Part shown: piece by piece, positions 17,223 through 27,500 of the stretch
Layout: every line of letters begins with the position of its first letter
How positions within the stretch are numbered: position 1 is the first letter of the stretch
DNA from: a virus
Taxonomy: Duplodnaviria > Caudoviricetes
Length of the DNA: 31,465 nt
IMG/VR virus record: IMGVR_UViG_3300010362_000070
Span: 1 to 31,465 of that record
Direction: 5' to 3' (one strand)
Translations under genes and position numbers: made by a program
The notes under the pieces: model-generated
Databases searched by the model: none
What the model was told of the DNA's origin: nothing
The model's input: only the letters and a program-made list of their open reading frames with translations

Positions 17223-17638
17223 GCGCGACGTCGTTCACGTTTGAAGGGCTCGAAGAATTCAAGGTCGATTTGACCAAGCTGCCGGCCCGTCTGCGCGAGC
17301 GGGCGCGCGACATCGTCGAGAACGCCGCCGAGGAAGCGAAGTCGTCGATCTTCCAGGCGTATCCGCGGCGTACGGGCAACCTCCGGCTCGGCGTGCAGAT
17401 CGAACACAAGCCGCTCGGTGGGTTCGGGCAGCTCTCGATCGTCAGGAACAAGGCGAAGCACGCCTTCATCTACGAGAACGGGACGGTCGCGCGGCACACC
17501 AGTCTCGGCGCCGATCGCGGCATCATGCCGGCGGGCAAGGTGTTCGTGCCAATTGCGCGGCGGCGGCGGCGGCAGATGTATCAAGAACTCAAAACGATGA
17601 TGCGGGACGAAGGGCTGCAGGTCACGGGTGATGCCTGA
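17219..17638 (+). CDS. Neck protein (HK97 gp10-like)
   Basis: GLEE...L..LP...P.RTGNLR...HAFIYENGT...MP pattern. Confidence 0.8.
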   Translation: MSATSFTFEGLEEFKVDLTKLPARLRERARDIVENAAEEAKSSIFQAYPRRTGNLRLGVQIEHKPLGGFGQLSIVRNKAKHAFIYENGTVARHTSLGADRGIMPAGKVFVPIARRRRRQMYQELKTMMRDEGLQVTGDA

Positions 17639-18050
17639 TTCCTCCGAGATCGACCAGGCGCTGATTCAGCGGCTGTCGAGTGACACGACCCTGCTCGGGC
17701 TGATGCCGAACGGCGTCTACTGGGAAATCGCGCCGCCGGGATCCAAGCAGTTTGTGATCGTGTCGCTGCTCGAGGAAAGCGACGAGCGGGAATTCGAGGC
17801 GCGCGCGTTTGAGGATGCGTTGTATCTCGTCAAAGCGGTCGAGCTCGGGACGGTGACGGTCAAGAACATCAAAGCGGCGGCGGCGCGGATCGATGTCCTG
17901 CTCGAGGAACAAGTGCTCACGGTGACAGGCTATGCACCGATGGCGTGCTATCGCGAGACGCGCATCCGCGCGACGGAACGCGACGAGGTCGACGCGTCGA
18001 TTCTCTGGTTTCATCGGGGCGGGCATTATCGCGTCGTGATGAGTACCTAA
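17628..18050 (+). CDS. Tail terminator/completion protein (DUF3168-like)
   Basis: I..AL..RL..D..L...GVY...AP pattern; immediately before the tail tube gene. Confidence 0.75.
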   Translation: MMPDSSEIDQALIQRLSSDTTLLGLMPNGVYWEIAPPGSKQFVIVSLLEESDEREFEARAFEDALYLVKAVELGTVTVKNIKAAAARIDVLLEEQVLTVTGYAPMACYRETRIRATERDEVDASILWFHRGGHYRVVMST

Positions 18051-18088
18051 CGGGCGATCGGGGACACGAGTAGCAATGAGGTGCAATC

Positions 18089-18493
18089 ATGGCAGGCAGA
18101 CGCCACGGCAGTAAGGGCCAGGTGAAAATGGATCCGACGGGTGGGGCGACCACGGTCGTCGTCGCGGATCTGAATGCCTGGACGCTCAATCAAGCGCGTG
18201 ACACGGTCGATGTCACGGCCTTCCAGGATACCAACAAGCAGTATGTCGTCGGGTTGCCCGACGTCAAAGGCACAATCGGCGGTTGGTGGAATTCGGCCAC
18301 GTCGCCGGTGCTATTCGATGCCGCGGCGGCCGATATCCCGGTGATGCTCGAGCTGGTGCCGAGCACGACCGACCCGACATTCCTCTTCAAAGGCTTGGCC
18401 TATCTCGATGCCGCGATCAATGTCTCGGCAACGGGCGCGGTCAGTATCAGCGGCAATTTCGTCGGCGCCGGCCCCTGGTCGCAGTTGCCGTAA
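18089..18493 (+). CDS. Tail tube (major tail) protein
   Basis: G..G.V...W.L....DTVDVT.F.D..K.Y..GL.D..G...G signature; GAGG RBS. Confidence 0.85.
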   Translation: MAGRRHGSKGQVKMDPTGGATTVVVADLNAWTLNQARDTVDVTAFQDTNKQYVVGLPDVKGTIGGWWNSATSPVLFDAAAADIPVMLELVPSTTDPTFLFKGLAYLDAAINVSATGAVSISGNFVGAGPWSQLP

Positions 18494-18502
18494 CGTGCGG
18501 CG

Positions 18503-18775
18503 GTGCGGGGCAGTATTCGCGGCGTGACCGCGACGCTGCGCTGGGCGTACTACGACGCGGCGCGGCTCGAGGGCTACACGATCACGCGCGAGAATGGCGA
18601 CTGGCGGGCGAGTGGGCGCGTCGTCTGGATGAACGCGTATAACCTGAAACAGCAGCCGCTGTACTTCCTCGCACCGCACCAGCACGGCGTCTGGGAATGG
18701 CCGGTGCTGGAATGCGACATTGTCGAGGGTCGATTGCGCGCCAAATTAGGCGCGCCGGATGAAAGGGTCGCCTGA
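18503..18775 (+). CDS. Hypothetical tail-module protein
   Basis: 90 aa, TGATG coupling to the chaperone gene. Confidence 0.65.
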   Translation: MRGSIRGVTATLRWAYYDAARLEGYTITRENGDWRASGRVVWMNAYNLKQQPLYFLAPHQHGVWEWPVLECDIVEGRLRAKLGAPDERVA

Positions 18776-19200
18776 TGTACGGACCACCGACGGGAGAAAC
18801 CAAACGCCTGGCGCTGTCCGATGGCCAGTGGATCGCGGTCAAGAAACGGCTAACGGCCGGCGAGTATCGCGACATGCTGCGGCGGATGTCGACACAGAAA
18901 GACGATGGCACGCTGGTCGTCAACTCGCTCGAGACCGGCCGCGCGCGGTGTGTGGCCTACCTGGTCGACTGGTCGCCAGCCGACTGGCCGCCGATCCGCC
19001 ATGCCGGCCGGGACGATCTCGCCGTCGCGCTCGATGCGCTGGACCCCGACGATTTCGAGGAAGTGAAAGATGCCGTGATGGCGCACGAAGTCGCGATGCT
19101 CGAGGAGCGGACCGAGGAAAAAAAACGCCGCGCTGGCGGGATGACATCCTCAGCGACCTCGCGATCGCCTGCCGCTATGGCTGGCGCTATGAGTGGGTGA
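18775..19200 (+). CDS. Tail assembly chaperone (gpG-like)
   Basis: Position between tube and tape measure; LVDWS motif; slippery A8 at 19118-19125. Confidence 0.8.
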   Translation: MYGPPTGETKRLALSDGQWIAVKKRLTAGEYRDMLRRMSTQKDDGTLVVNSLETGRARCVAYLVDWSPADWPPIRHAGRDDLAVALDALDPDDFEEVKDAVMAHEVAMLEERTEEKKRRAGGMTSSATSRSPAAMAGAMSG

Positions 19201-19271
19201 GAGATCTGGATTGCGATGTCCATGAACTACTGCTCGAGGAACTGACGCGCAGCGTCGCAGAGATGGAATAG
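19119..19271 (+). CDS. -1 frameshift extension of tail chaperone (gpGT-like)
   Basis: A AAA AAA heptamer (19119-19125). The -1 frame reads KKTPRWRDDILSDLAIACRYGW.YEWVRDL... to TAG 19271, 3 nt before the tape measure start. Confidence 0.8.
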   Translation, partial: KKTPRWRDDILSDLAIACRYGWRYEWVRDLDCDVHELLLEELTRSVAEME

Positions 19272-19274
19272 GGC

Positions 19275-21008
19275 ATGGCGATTAGCGGCAAATTCGTCGC
19301 CGATTTCGAGAATTTCAAAGCGGGCGCCGATGATGCGGTGCTGCGGTTGAAGAAACTCGAGAAGGGCGCCGATGCGGTCGACAAAGCGGCGAAGCGGATG
19401 ACGACGCCGACTGGTGGCGGGACCTCCGGCTTCTCGAAATTGAGCAATGAACTCAACCAGGTCGATCGGATCCTCAATTTGACGGGGATCAGCATCGGGC
19501 ATGAAATCGGCGCGTTGAAGGAACTGGGCACGATCGCCGAAACCGCCGGCGGATCGCTCGGCTTGCTCGGACCGGCCGCATTAGTCGCGGGCACCGCGAT
19601 CGGCAGCTGGCAGCTCGGCAAGGTTATCGGCGAAGCGACCGGACTCACGACGGCCATCGAGAAATTAACGGTCGCCTATTTGGGCCTTCCCAGCGCCGCG
19701 GAGGAAGCCGGCAAGGCGCAAGCGGATGTCTTTAAACGGGCGCTTGAGCTGACCGGCCAGTCCTATCAAACCCAAGAGGCCGCGCAACAGGCGATCAACG
19801 TCGAATTGGCCAAGCGCCAAGCCTTTCTCGAGGATCACAAGAAAGCCGTCGACTTGATCAATGGCAGCTTGCTGCAGCAGCGCACGACGCTCGCCGGCAT
19901 TAGTGGTGAGACGAAAGAAGGTGCGAAGTATCTGCTGCAGCAAGGCATCGATGCCAAAAACGTGGCGGCCTACTATGGCCTGACGCTCGGTCAGGTCACG
20001 GCCATTAATCGGGAATTGGAACGAGGCCAAAAGCTCCTGAAACAACAAAGCGGCGAACTGCAGGCGCAGATGGATCGGCGCTTGGTCGAATTTCGCCAAC
20101 AGCAAGCCGGCGCGGAACGAGGGACGCAAACATCACTGGGCGATTACAGTCTGCGCGGCCAAATCGACAATCTCAAAACGCTGCAGACGCAACTCGATAA
20201 AAACGCGGTCACGACGCTGACGGCGCTCGATGAAGAGCAGCGCCGCCAGGAGAATCTGGTCGAGGATGAATTCGAGTATGCCGCGATCGTCGCCAAGCAC
20301 GAACAGGAGCGGCTGAAATTCCTCGATGAGTGGGGCGCCAAACATGCGGCGCTCAGCGATCAGATCGCGGCGAAGAATCGCGAGCTGATGGATCAGACGA
20401 CGGCGCTCCTCGCCGATGCGTTCTCAAAGATTAATGACTTGCAGAAAGCCGCCTACGAGCGGCGCGGCCTCGTCGGCGAGGGTGCCGAGGCCGGTCAAGT
20501 CGCACGGACCAAGACGCCGCAGGAAGAATACGACAAAGCCATACAGGAAGCCGCACGGGCAGCTGAGATGCTTTTAGCGCAAACCCAAAACGCCGCGGCC
20601 GCGCAGCAACTCTACGATGCGATGGTCAAAGACGCGAGCGACCGATTCCTCCTCGCGAGCGACGGGTTCATTCAGAACTTCAGCCAAGCCGGCGCGACCG
20701 TCGCGGTCTTCGGGAAATCCGTGCAGGACACCGTCAGCAAGCTGGAGATCATTTCCGGCGAGTCGGGCGAAGGGCCGCTCGTCGGCGTGTTCGGCAACAC
20801 ACCGGAATCCGTCTATAACCCGCGGCCGAAGACCGGCATGTTCAATCCGTTTGCACTGCCTGGCTTTTCGTTGTCCGGCCCATCACCGGGCGTCAATTAC
20901 AACGTGAACGTGAATGTGAGCGGCGTGTTCGATCCGCGCACGAAGCAGGAGATCGCCGACGCCGTCGGCGATGTCGTCATGCGCGGCCGGCAGTGGGGCA
21001 ACCGTTAA
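19275..21008 (+). CDS. Tape measure protein
   Basis: 577 aa, Ala/Gln/Leu-rich helical, N-terminal F.AD...F, C-terminal NVNVNVSG; canonical position. Confidence 0.88.
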   Translation: MAISGKFVADFENFKAGADDAVLRLKKLEKGADAVDKAAKRMTTPTGGGTSGFSKLSNELNQVDRILNLTGISIGHEIGALKELGTIAETAGGSLGLLGPAALVAGTAIGSWQLGKVIGEATGLTTAIEKLTVAYLGLPSAAEEAGKAQADVFKRALELTGQSYQTQEAAQQAINVELAKRQAFLEDHKKAVDLINGSLLQQRTTLAGISGETKEGAKYLLQQGIDAKNVAAYYGLTLGQVTAINRELERGQKLLKQQSGELQAQMDRRLVEFRQQQAGAERGTQTSLGDYSLRGQIDNLKTLQTQLDKNAVTTLTALDEEQRRQENLVEDEFEYAAIVAKHEQERLKFLDEWGAKHAALSDQIAAKNRELMDQTTALLADAFSKINDLQKAAYERRGLVGEGAEAGQVARTKTPQEEYDKAIQEAARAAEMLLAQTQNAAAAQQLYDAMVKDASDRFLLASDGFIQNFSQAGATVAVFGKSVQDTVSKLEIISGESGEGPLVGVFGNTPESVYNPRPKTGMFNPFALPGFSLSGPSPGVNYNVNVNVSGVFDPRTKQEIADAVGDVVMRGRQWGNR

Positions 21009-21541
21009 GTGGGAAGAGCGAAACAACCTCTATGGTGTGGACAAATATGTGCGTTGAGCGCCGCGGCACGATTGCAGTTGAAGCAGAGGATCCGATACCC
21101 GGGCGGAAATCCATGATTGATCAAGTATCGAACGAGTCGCGCTCCTTGGCCTTCAAGTTTTCGCCGCGCCGCCGTACAGCCGCCGATGTGATCGATGGTC
21201 AGCATGGTAAATGTGTCTTCGCCACAGCAGGCGCACGTCTGCCCGTAGTGCTCGAAGACTTCAAGTCGACTATCGCGAGTGAACTTCCGCATGTCCGCAC
21301 ACAGCCGATCGCGATGTTTTTGTTGACGCTGATGGGCGTACGCCAATTTCTCTTCACGGTGTGCCCAGTAGTACTCCCGAGCTTTCTCGCGATAGTACTC
21401 GGCATGTTGGCGATAATGGCGACGCTGGGCCGTCTGCATCGCGCCGGGATGGGCCTCTTTCCATTTCTCGACCGACTGTCGCACTTGCGCGCGCCGCCGG
21501 GCTATTCGCGCTGTCTTGGACAGTTTGAGCTTGGGTGGCAT
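21005..21541 (-). CDS. Free-standing HNH endonuclease (homing-type), antisense to tail operon
   Basis: CACCGE...LTIDHIGG...YRILCFNCN; basic/aromatic N-terminal repeats (YYREKAREYYWAHREEK). Confidence 0.85.
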   Translation of the reverse strand: MPPKLKLSKTARIARRRAQVRQSVEKWKEAHPGAMQTAQRRHYRQHAEYYREKAREYYWAHREEKLAYAHQRQQKHRDRLCADMRKFTRDSRLEVFEHYGQTCACCGEDTFTMLTIDHIGGCTAARRKLEGQGARLVRYLINHGFPPGYRILCFNCNRAAALNAHICPHHRGCFALPT

Positions 21542-21570
21542 GGCGCGACTTTAACACAGGTTGGATTATT

Positions 21571-22011
21571 ATGGGAACAGCACAGGCCAGCGACTTCTTA
21601 GAAAACCTAATTGTTGATCACTTATTCCGCACGCGCACCTGGTCGAAACCGACGGCGCTGTATATGGCGCTGTTCACAACGGCCCCGAGCGATAGTGGCG
21701 GCGGGACCGAAGTCACGGGCGGCAGCTATGCCCGCGTGAATCTAGCGCCACTCGATACGAACTGGGCGGCGACGCAAGGCGGCACGACCGGCAATTCCAG
21801 CGGCACGGGCGGGGTGACGTCGAATGCGGTCGCGATCACGTTTCCCGCGCCGACGGCGAACTGGGGCACGGTGACACATTTTGCGATCCTCGATGCCAGC
21901 GTCGGCGGCAACATGCTCATCTGGGATGCGCTCGTCGCGTCGCGCACGATTCTCTCCGGCGATCCGGCGCCGTCGTTTCCGATCAGCGCGCTGCAGATTA
22001 CGGTCAGCTGA
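21571..22011 (+). CDS. Minor tail protein
   Basis: S.FLEN...DH..R...LY.ALFT.AP...GGGTEV.GGSYARV...ITFP..TA.WGTVTH..I.DA..GGN.L, a recurrent siphovirus tail-tip motif set. Confidence 0.8.
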   Translation: MGTAQASDFLENLIVDHLFRTRTWSKPTALYMALFTTAPSDSGGGTEVTGGSYARVNLAPLDTNWAATQGGTTGNSSGTGGVTSNAVAITFPAPTANWGTVTHFAILDASVGGNMLIWDALVASRTILSGDPAPSFPISALQITVS

Positions 22012-22937
22012 TGGCCTTTGACGCGCACGTGAACTTCGGCTACGGGATCGTGGCGACGGTGCCCAGTCCGGCGACGAGTGGCACGACGCTGGTCCTGCAG
22101 ACGGGGCAGGGCGCGCTGATGCCGGCCGTGCCGTTCAATGGGACCGTCTGGGCGATCGGGCAGCTCGCGCTGGTCTCGACGGCCGAAATCGTCCGCGTCA
22201 CGACGATCGCCGGCGACACGCTGACAATCACACGCGCGCAGGAAGGCTCGACCGCCCGCACGATTGTCGTCGGCGACCAATTTGCGGCAACCATCACGGC
22301 CAAGACGCTGCAGGATGTCGAGCTGCTCGCCAAGGGCGGCGATGTCACCGGGCCGGGTTCGGCCGCCGCCGATAGTCTGACGGCGTTCAGCGGCACGACC
22401 GGCAAAGTCCTGAAGGATGCCAGTATTCCGCTCAGCCAGGTCGCGCGCCGCGATCAGACGAACACGTTCGCGCAACAGGCGGTCTTCTCATCGACCGTCA
22501 CGCTCAACGGCGTCATGGCCTCGAGCGCGCAACCGCGCGTTGCCGCGTGGAATAACGGATTCCAGACGCTCTCGAACGGCTGGACCGCGGTCACCTTCAA
22601 TACGAATGACGAGCAAGTCGGCTTCGTGCACGATACCGGCGCGAATAGCCATCAATTCACGTGTCCGTCTGCTGGCTTCTATTTGATCGTGGCGCAGGTC
22701 TTTTTCGCGGCCAATGCGACTGGCCAGCGGTATGGGCAACTCCTGCGGGATGGGACCTCGATTTCCTACATGGGCGCGTCCTTCGGCGGGCAGGCGCTCC
22801 AGATTCATTGGATGGGACCAGCCACGAACGGGCAAGTCTTCACGCTGCAAGCGTTCCAAGATACCGGCGGCACATTGACCAGCGGCAACACGGTGCGCGG
22901 CGTCAGCAATTGGTTCTCGATCACGCGGCTCTGGTGA
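22011..22937 (+). CDS. Tail fibre/adhesin with C-terminal C1q/TNF-like domain
   Basis: EIVRVT...DTLTITRAQEGS N-domain; GDVTGP linker; C-terminal VTFNT...FTCP.AGFYLI.AQV.F. Confidence 0.7.
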   Translation: MAFDAHVNFGYGIVATVPSPATSGTTLVLQTGQGALMPAVPFNGTVWAIGQLALVSTAEIVRVTTIAGDTLTITRAQEGSTARTIVVGDQFAATITAKTLQDVELLAKGGDVTGPGSAAADSLTAFSGTTGKVLKDASIPLSQVARRDQTNTFAQQAVFSSTVTLNGVMASSAQPRVAAWNNGFQTLSNGWTAVTFNTNDEQVGFVHDTGANSHQFTCPSAGFYLIVAQVFFAANATGQRYGQLLRDGTSISYMGASFGGQALQIHWMGPATNGQVFTLQAFQDTGGTLTSGNTVRGVSNWFSITRLW

Positions 22938-22947
22938 AGAGAGAAGT

Positions 22948-24012
22948 ATGGGTACCATCAATCATCGGCACGTCACGATCCTCCCTGACGATCCGGCGTC
23001 GGATATTTCGGCAGATGAGTGGAACGATGCGCTGGTCGTCCGCGGGACCGATCTGACCGGCGCGCTGCTGGCGCGCGATACCGGCGCCGGCGACGGCTGG
23101 AGTGCGATTCCCGCCGCGGCCGGGATCCTGAACTGTACCGGGGCAGGCACATTGCCGACCTGGTCGACCTCGATTACCCTAACGGGCGCCATCACTGCGG
23201 GATCGCTGACGACGAGCGGCGCCGTCAATGCGGGATCGCTGACGACGACGGGAGTAGTAACTGCCGGCGGGCTGCTCACCGCCAGCGGCGGGATCACGAC
23301 GTCGGGGCCTCTGCTGTTCTCGCCGGACAACACCTACGACCTCGGGGCGAGCGGAGCGACCCGGCCGCGCTCGGGGTATTTCGGGACGTCGATAGTGGTC
23401 GGCAATAGTCCCGCTTCGACGGGCGCGCTGCGACTGGCGAATGCGGGTTACATTTACACGAAAACAACTGGTGGCACGGATACGTTGTTGCTGGGAATGG
23501 ATACGGGCAACTCCATTTTTCTAGGCGAGACAACCGTTCCGCTCACGCTCCGCGCGAGTGCCGCCTTTGTCAATGCACCGCTATATGTCGGGACGGCCCT
23601 CAGCATCGGGACGAACCCGGCGACGACGGGCGCGATCCGGCTCGCCAACAATTCAGGGATCTACGCACGCAATGCCGCGAATACGGCCGATCTGGAAATT
23701 CTCCGTATCGATAGTACAAATCTAACCACGCTATTGAGTAATGGCCTGATGACGCTTCAGGTCGGAACGTGGCCTAATGGAATTTTATTTAACACCGCTG
23801 GATCGTTGTATCCCGCGACCACCGGCATGACGCTGGGGATTACGAGCCAGCCGTGGCAGATCGCCTATGTTGCAAAACTGCTGATCACGGATGGGATCGG
23901 CGCCCCGTCAACAGTGACGGGATTCGCACAGATTTATGTCGATAGTGCAGACGGTGATCTCAAAGTCCAATTTGGCGATGGCGTGGTGAAAACCATCGTC
24001 GTCGATACTTAA
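22948..24012 (+). CDS. Tail fibre protein
   Basis: Gly/Thr-rich; P..DNTYDLG....R motif; duplicated (V/I)G..PA.TGA(L/I)RLAN unit. Confidence 0.7.
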   Translation: MGTINHRHVTILPDDPASDISADEWNDALVVRGTDLTGALLARDTGAGDGWSAIPAAAGILNCTGAGTLPTWSTSITLTGAITAGSLTTSGAVNAGSLTTTGVVTAGGLLTASGGITTSGPLLFSPDNTYDLGASGATRPRSGYFGTSIVVGNSPASTGALRLANAGYIYTKTTGGTDTLLLGMDTGNSIFLGETTVPLTLRASAAFVNAPLYVGTALSIGTNPATTGAIRLANNSGIYARNAANTADLEILRIDSTNLTTLLSNGLMTLQVGTWPNGILFNTAGSLYPATTGMTLGITSQPWQIAYVAKLLITDGIGAPSTVTGFAQIYVDSADGDLKVQFGDGVVKTIVVDT

Positions 24013-24024
24013 GGAGTCTTCCCG

Positions 24025-24357
24025 ATGCCCACGACGCCGAACAGTCAAGCCAAACTCGCCAGCGATTCGATCTTTCTCCGGCGTCTCGGCTCGCTGTTGT
24101 CGCAAGAAGCGCAAGTCGTCGCGAACGAAGCGCCGACCACGCCCGAGCATGCCAAGCGCCGGCAGCTCGCCCAGGCCATCATCACGAATCCCGCCGGGAT
24201 GGCCGCGAGCCTCGCGCCGACGATTTGTAACGCGACCAACCTCGTCGCCAAAGACACGACGTTTAATTTCGAGGCGGATCAAACCGTGACCACGGCGACG
24301 GATGCCGAGATCCGCTCCCAGATTGCGACGCTCTGGAACATCCTGGCGGGCGTATGA
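24025..24357 (+). CDS. Fibre-associated small protein (chaperone candidate)
   Basis: AAGGAG RBS; TDAEI..QI...WN.LAG C-terminus. Confidence 0.7.
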   Translation: MPTTPNSQAKLASDSIFLRRLGSLLSQEAQVVANEAPTTPEHAKRRQLAQAIITNPAGMAASLAPTICNATNLVAKDTTFNFEADQTVTTATDAEIRSQIATLWNILAGV

Positions 24358-24533
24358 GTCAGCCCGCAGATTTCCATTTCAAACTGCTGGTGGGCGACCT
24401 CGCGGCGCAGATTGCGATCCTCCGCGCCGAAGTCGAGAAACTGCGCGAGCAGCTCGCCACGGCGGCCCCGGACGATACCCTGCCGCGGGCTGAAGTGCGC
24501 CCCTTCCCCGAGCACGACCTGAGCAGCGGCTAG
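24354..24533 (+). CDS. 59-aa coiled-coil protein
   Basis: Not in ORF track. MSQPADFHFKLLVGDLAAQIAILRAEVEKLREQL...; ATGA overlap, TAG ends at 24533. Confidence 0.65.
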   Translation: MSQPADFHFKLLVGDLAAQIAILRAEVEKLREQLATAAPDDTLPRAEVRPFPEHDLSSG

Positions 24534-24545
24534 CCGCAGACCGCC

Positions 24546-27500
24546 ATGTTCGGGACCGCGGCGTTCGGACAGCTCGGGTTCGGCCAGGTCGTCGGCCAGG
24601 TCTTCACGCCGCTGGCGGTGACTGCGGCGCTCAGTGTCGCCCCACAGGCCGCCCTCACAACCCCAAGTCCTCTGGCCGCCGTCTCGGGCTGGACCCTCGC
24701 GACCGACGCAATCCTCACGACCGGCACGAATCGGTTCGAAGCCAGTGCCGGGATCAGTCTCGGGACGCAGGCGCCGCTCGCGCTCCGCGCCAATCTCGCG
24801 ACGCATCCGACGATCACGATTGGCGTCGGCGAACCGATCTTCGATCCCGGCATCTTCGACGGGTTCACGCTCTTCGATACGCGCCGGCGGTCATCGACGC
24901 AGCTACTCGTCTCCGGGCCATTCGTCGCGGCGCCGACGCTGACCGTCGGCGTGGCGGCCCCGAACCTGGCCGTCGGGTCGATTGCGTTCACGGCCGACAC
25001 GACCCTCCTGCTGGGCACGACGGCGACGCTGCGGTCGCTGCCCGCCACATTCGCCGTGACGGTGACGATCCCGATCGGCGTCGTCGGCAACCTTGTCAAG
25101 ACCGGCTACGGCTTCTCGAGCGTGATGATCGCGTTCAACGGCGCGATCACGCAGGACGTGCGGCGCGGTTCGATCAGCATCAGCGACGAATTGAACGAAG
25201 CCCCGAATACCTGCGACTTCATCGTCGACGGGTCACCGCCGTCGATCGGTACCGATGTCCGCATCGGCCTGCGGGATCTGCAGGCGGCCAATCTGCTGTT
25301 CGGCGGGGAAGTCTTGAAAGTGACGGAGACCTTTTCCGGGCGGCCGTCGCATCCGGCCTGGCAAGTGAACTGCCGCGACTACACGTTCCTGCTGAATCGG
25401 CGCAAGGTCTGGGCGAAGTACACGCAGACCTCGGCGACCTCGATCGCACTCGAGCTGATGCAGAGCTATACGACCGGCTTCTCGACGACCGGGATCGTCG
25501 GCGGCTTGCCGGCTATCGATGTCGAGTTCGACGGCATCGATGTCCTGGGTGCGTTGTCCAAGATCGCGACGCTCATTGGCGGCTACTGTGACGTCACGGC
25601 CGCGAAGGTGGTCCGGCTGTTCGTCACGAATACAGATCCGCCGCTGACGCTGACCGACACGGATCCGCTGTTCAAGATGAATCCGTCGCTCGGCCTGACG
25701 CGTGATCTTTCGCAGGTCCGTACGCGGGTCGCGGTGAAAGGCGTCGGCAAGTCGGTCGCCGGCAACTCGGGGATGCGGATCGGAGCGGGTGCCTCGCTGC
25801 TGCCGCTCGAGGATGTCGAACCCTTTGGCGTCGATGCGGGTCTGGCCATCACGGACGACCAACAGATTCTCAATTACAGTGCGACGACGCCGGGCGGGGC
25901 GGTCGGCAAAGTCGGCAACACGGCCTCCCCGATTAACACGATGCTCGCGCAGCTCGCGCCGAGTGTGGTCGGCGGCTTGATTGGCACTTACTACTGGGCC
26001 GTGGCCTTCGCGAACGCCGCCGGCGAGACGCCGATCAGTCTGCCATCGAATCAACTCGCGTGTCCTGACCGGACGTCACCGACATCGACTATCGGGATCG
26101 GCACGACTGGCGCCGTCGGGCCGCTCGTCGGCCGCTATGGGTACCGGGTCGCGAACGTGACCTCGCGCGGGCAGACGCTCCTCGGACCAGAGACCGCACG
26201 GGTCGCCAATGCCCTGGCACGGCCGTTTGCGCCGAGCATCAGTACCGCGTCGCCGCCGGGGCCGTTTCTCGGCGGCAACAACTGGGCCTATGCGTCATCG
26301 TTCGTCACGCCCTACGGCGAGACGATGCCGAGCGCGCAAACGATCTGGACGCCCACGCCCATCGTGCTCGCACAGGTCACGTCGGCCTCGGGAGATGCGT
26401 TCGGCGGGTTGCTCGATGGTCCGTACTACGTCGGCGTATCGAATGTGACGGCCCTTGGCGAGATCGGTTTATACACGACCTACATCGGGACGAACTTCCA
26501 TACGACCGGACCGGCACCACCGGGGATTATGCGCTGGGATACCGGCGGTCGAATCGAAACCGGTTACAACTACTTTTACGCGTGTTCCTCCTATCACGAA
26601 ACCTGGGGAGAAACACCGCTCAGTCTGTACCAAAGTTTTTACAATCAGTCGGGCGTCGGCGTGAAGTTTACGGTCAGATTGCCGGCGCCGCTGCCAAATC
26701 AAACGGGGATGCGCTTGTACCGGCGCGCGTCGCCCGTCAGCGATCAATCCATTAGCTCGGCGTGGCAACTCGTCGGCGAGTTCTGGGGAAGCCAAGACAT
26801 CGTCGACAACTATAACCAGAGCGAGCTCGGCGACCAGTATCCCAAGCAGGCGCGCGCGGGCGGGCGCGTGTGGTACACGCTCAGTTCCTCGGCCGAGGCC
26901 GGCGTCGTCGCGCGCCGGATCTACCGCACGAAGTCCAACGGCGCGGAATATTTTCTCGTCGGGGAAATTCAAAACAACTTCAACGGCGCACAGTTTCTCG
27001 ACCTCGCGCCCGACTCCGCGCTGACGCAGCGATCATCCGCCGTCGCGACGACCGCGAAGTCATCATTCGTCTCGGCCGCGAGCGGACCGGCCGGTGTGAC
27101 ATCGCGGCGCATCTATCGCACCAAGGTCAATAGTTCGCAACTCTTCCTCGTCGGCGAGATTAAAGACAACTCGTCGTCGGGCATGATCGATATGGTAAAG
27201 GACGACGGGTTGACGGTCGGGGCACCGGGCACTCAGAGCGGCATCGGCGACACACACATTCTCACGTCAATTCAACCAGGACCACCGGGCACGCTCGCGC
27301 GCAATCTCTACCGCACGAAAGCGAACGGCTCGGAATTCTTTCTGCTTGGTCGCATCAGCGACAACACGAGTACCAGCTTCGTCGATAACGTGCCCGATGC
27401 GAACCTCGGTGAGGGGCAACCGCTGGTCAATACGGCGGGGGCGTCGGCGGCGCAGTTGATCGGTATCCCGATCGGCGGCAGCGGCGTCACCAAGCGCGTC

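Noticed and set aside
20993-21601. 202-aa + strand hydrophobic ORF as holin or Dit
   Set aside because: It is antisense to a clear HNH gene, and its hydrophobicity mirrors the charged codons of that gene.
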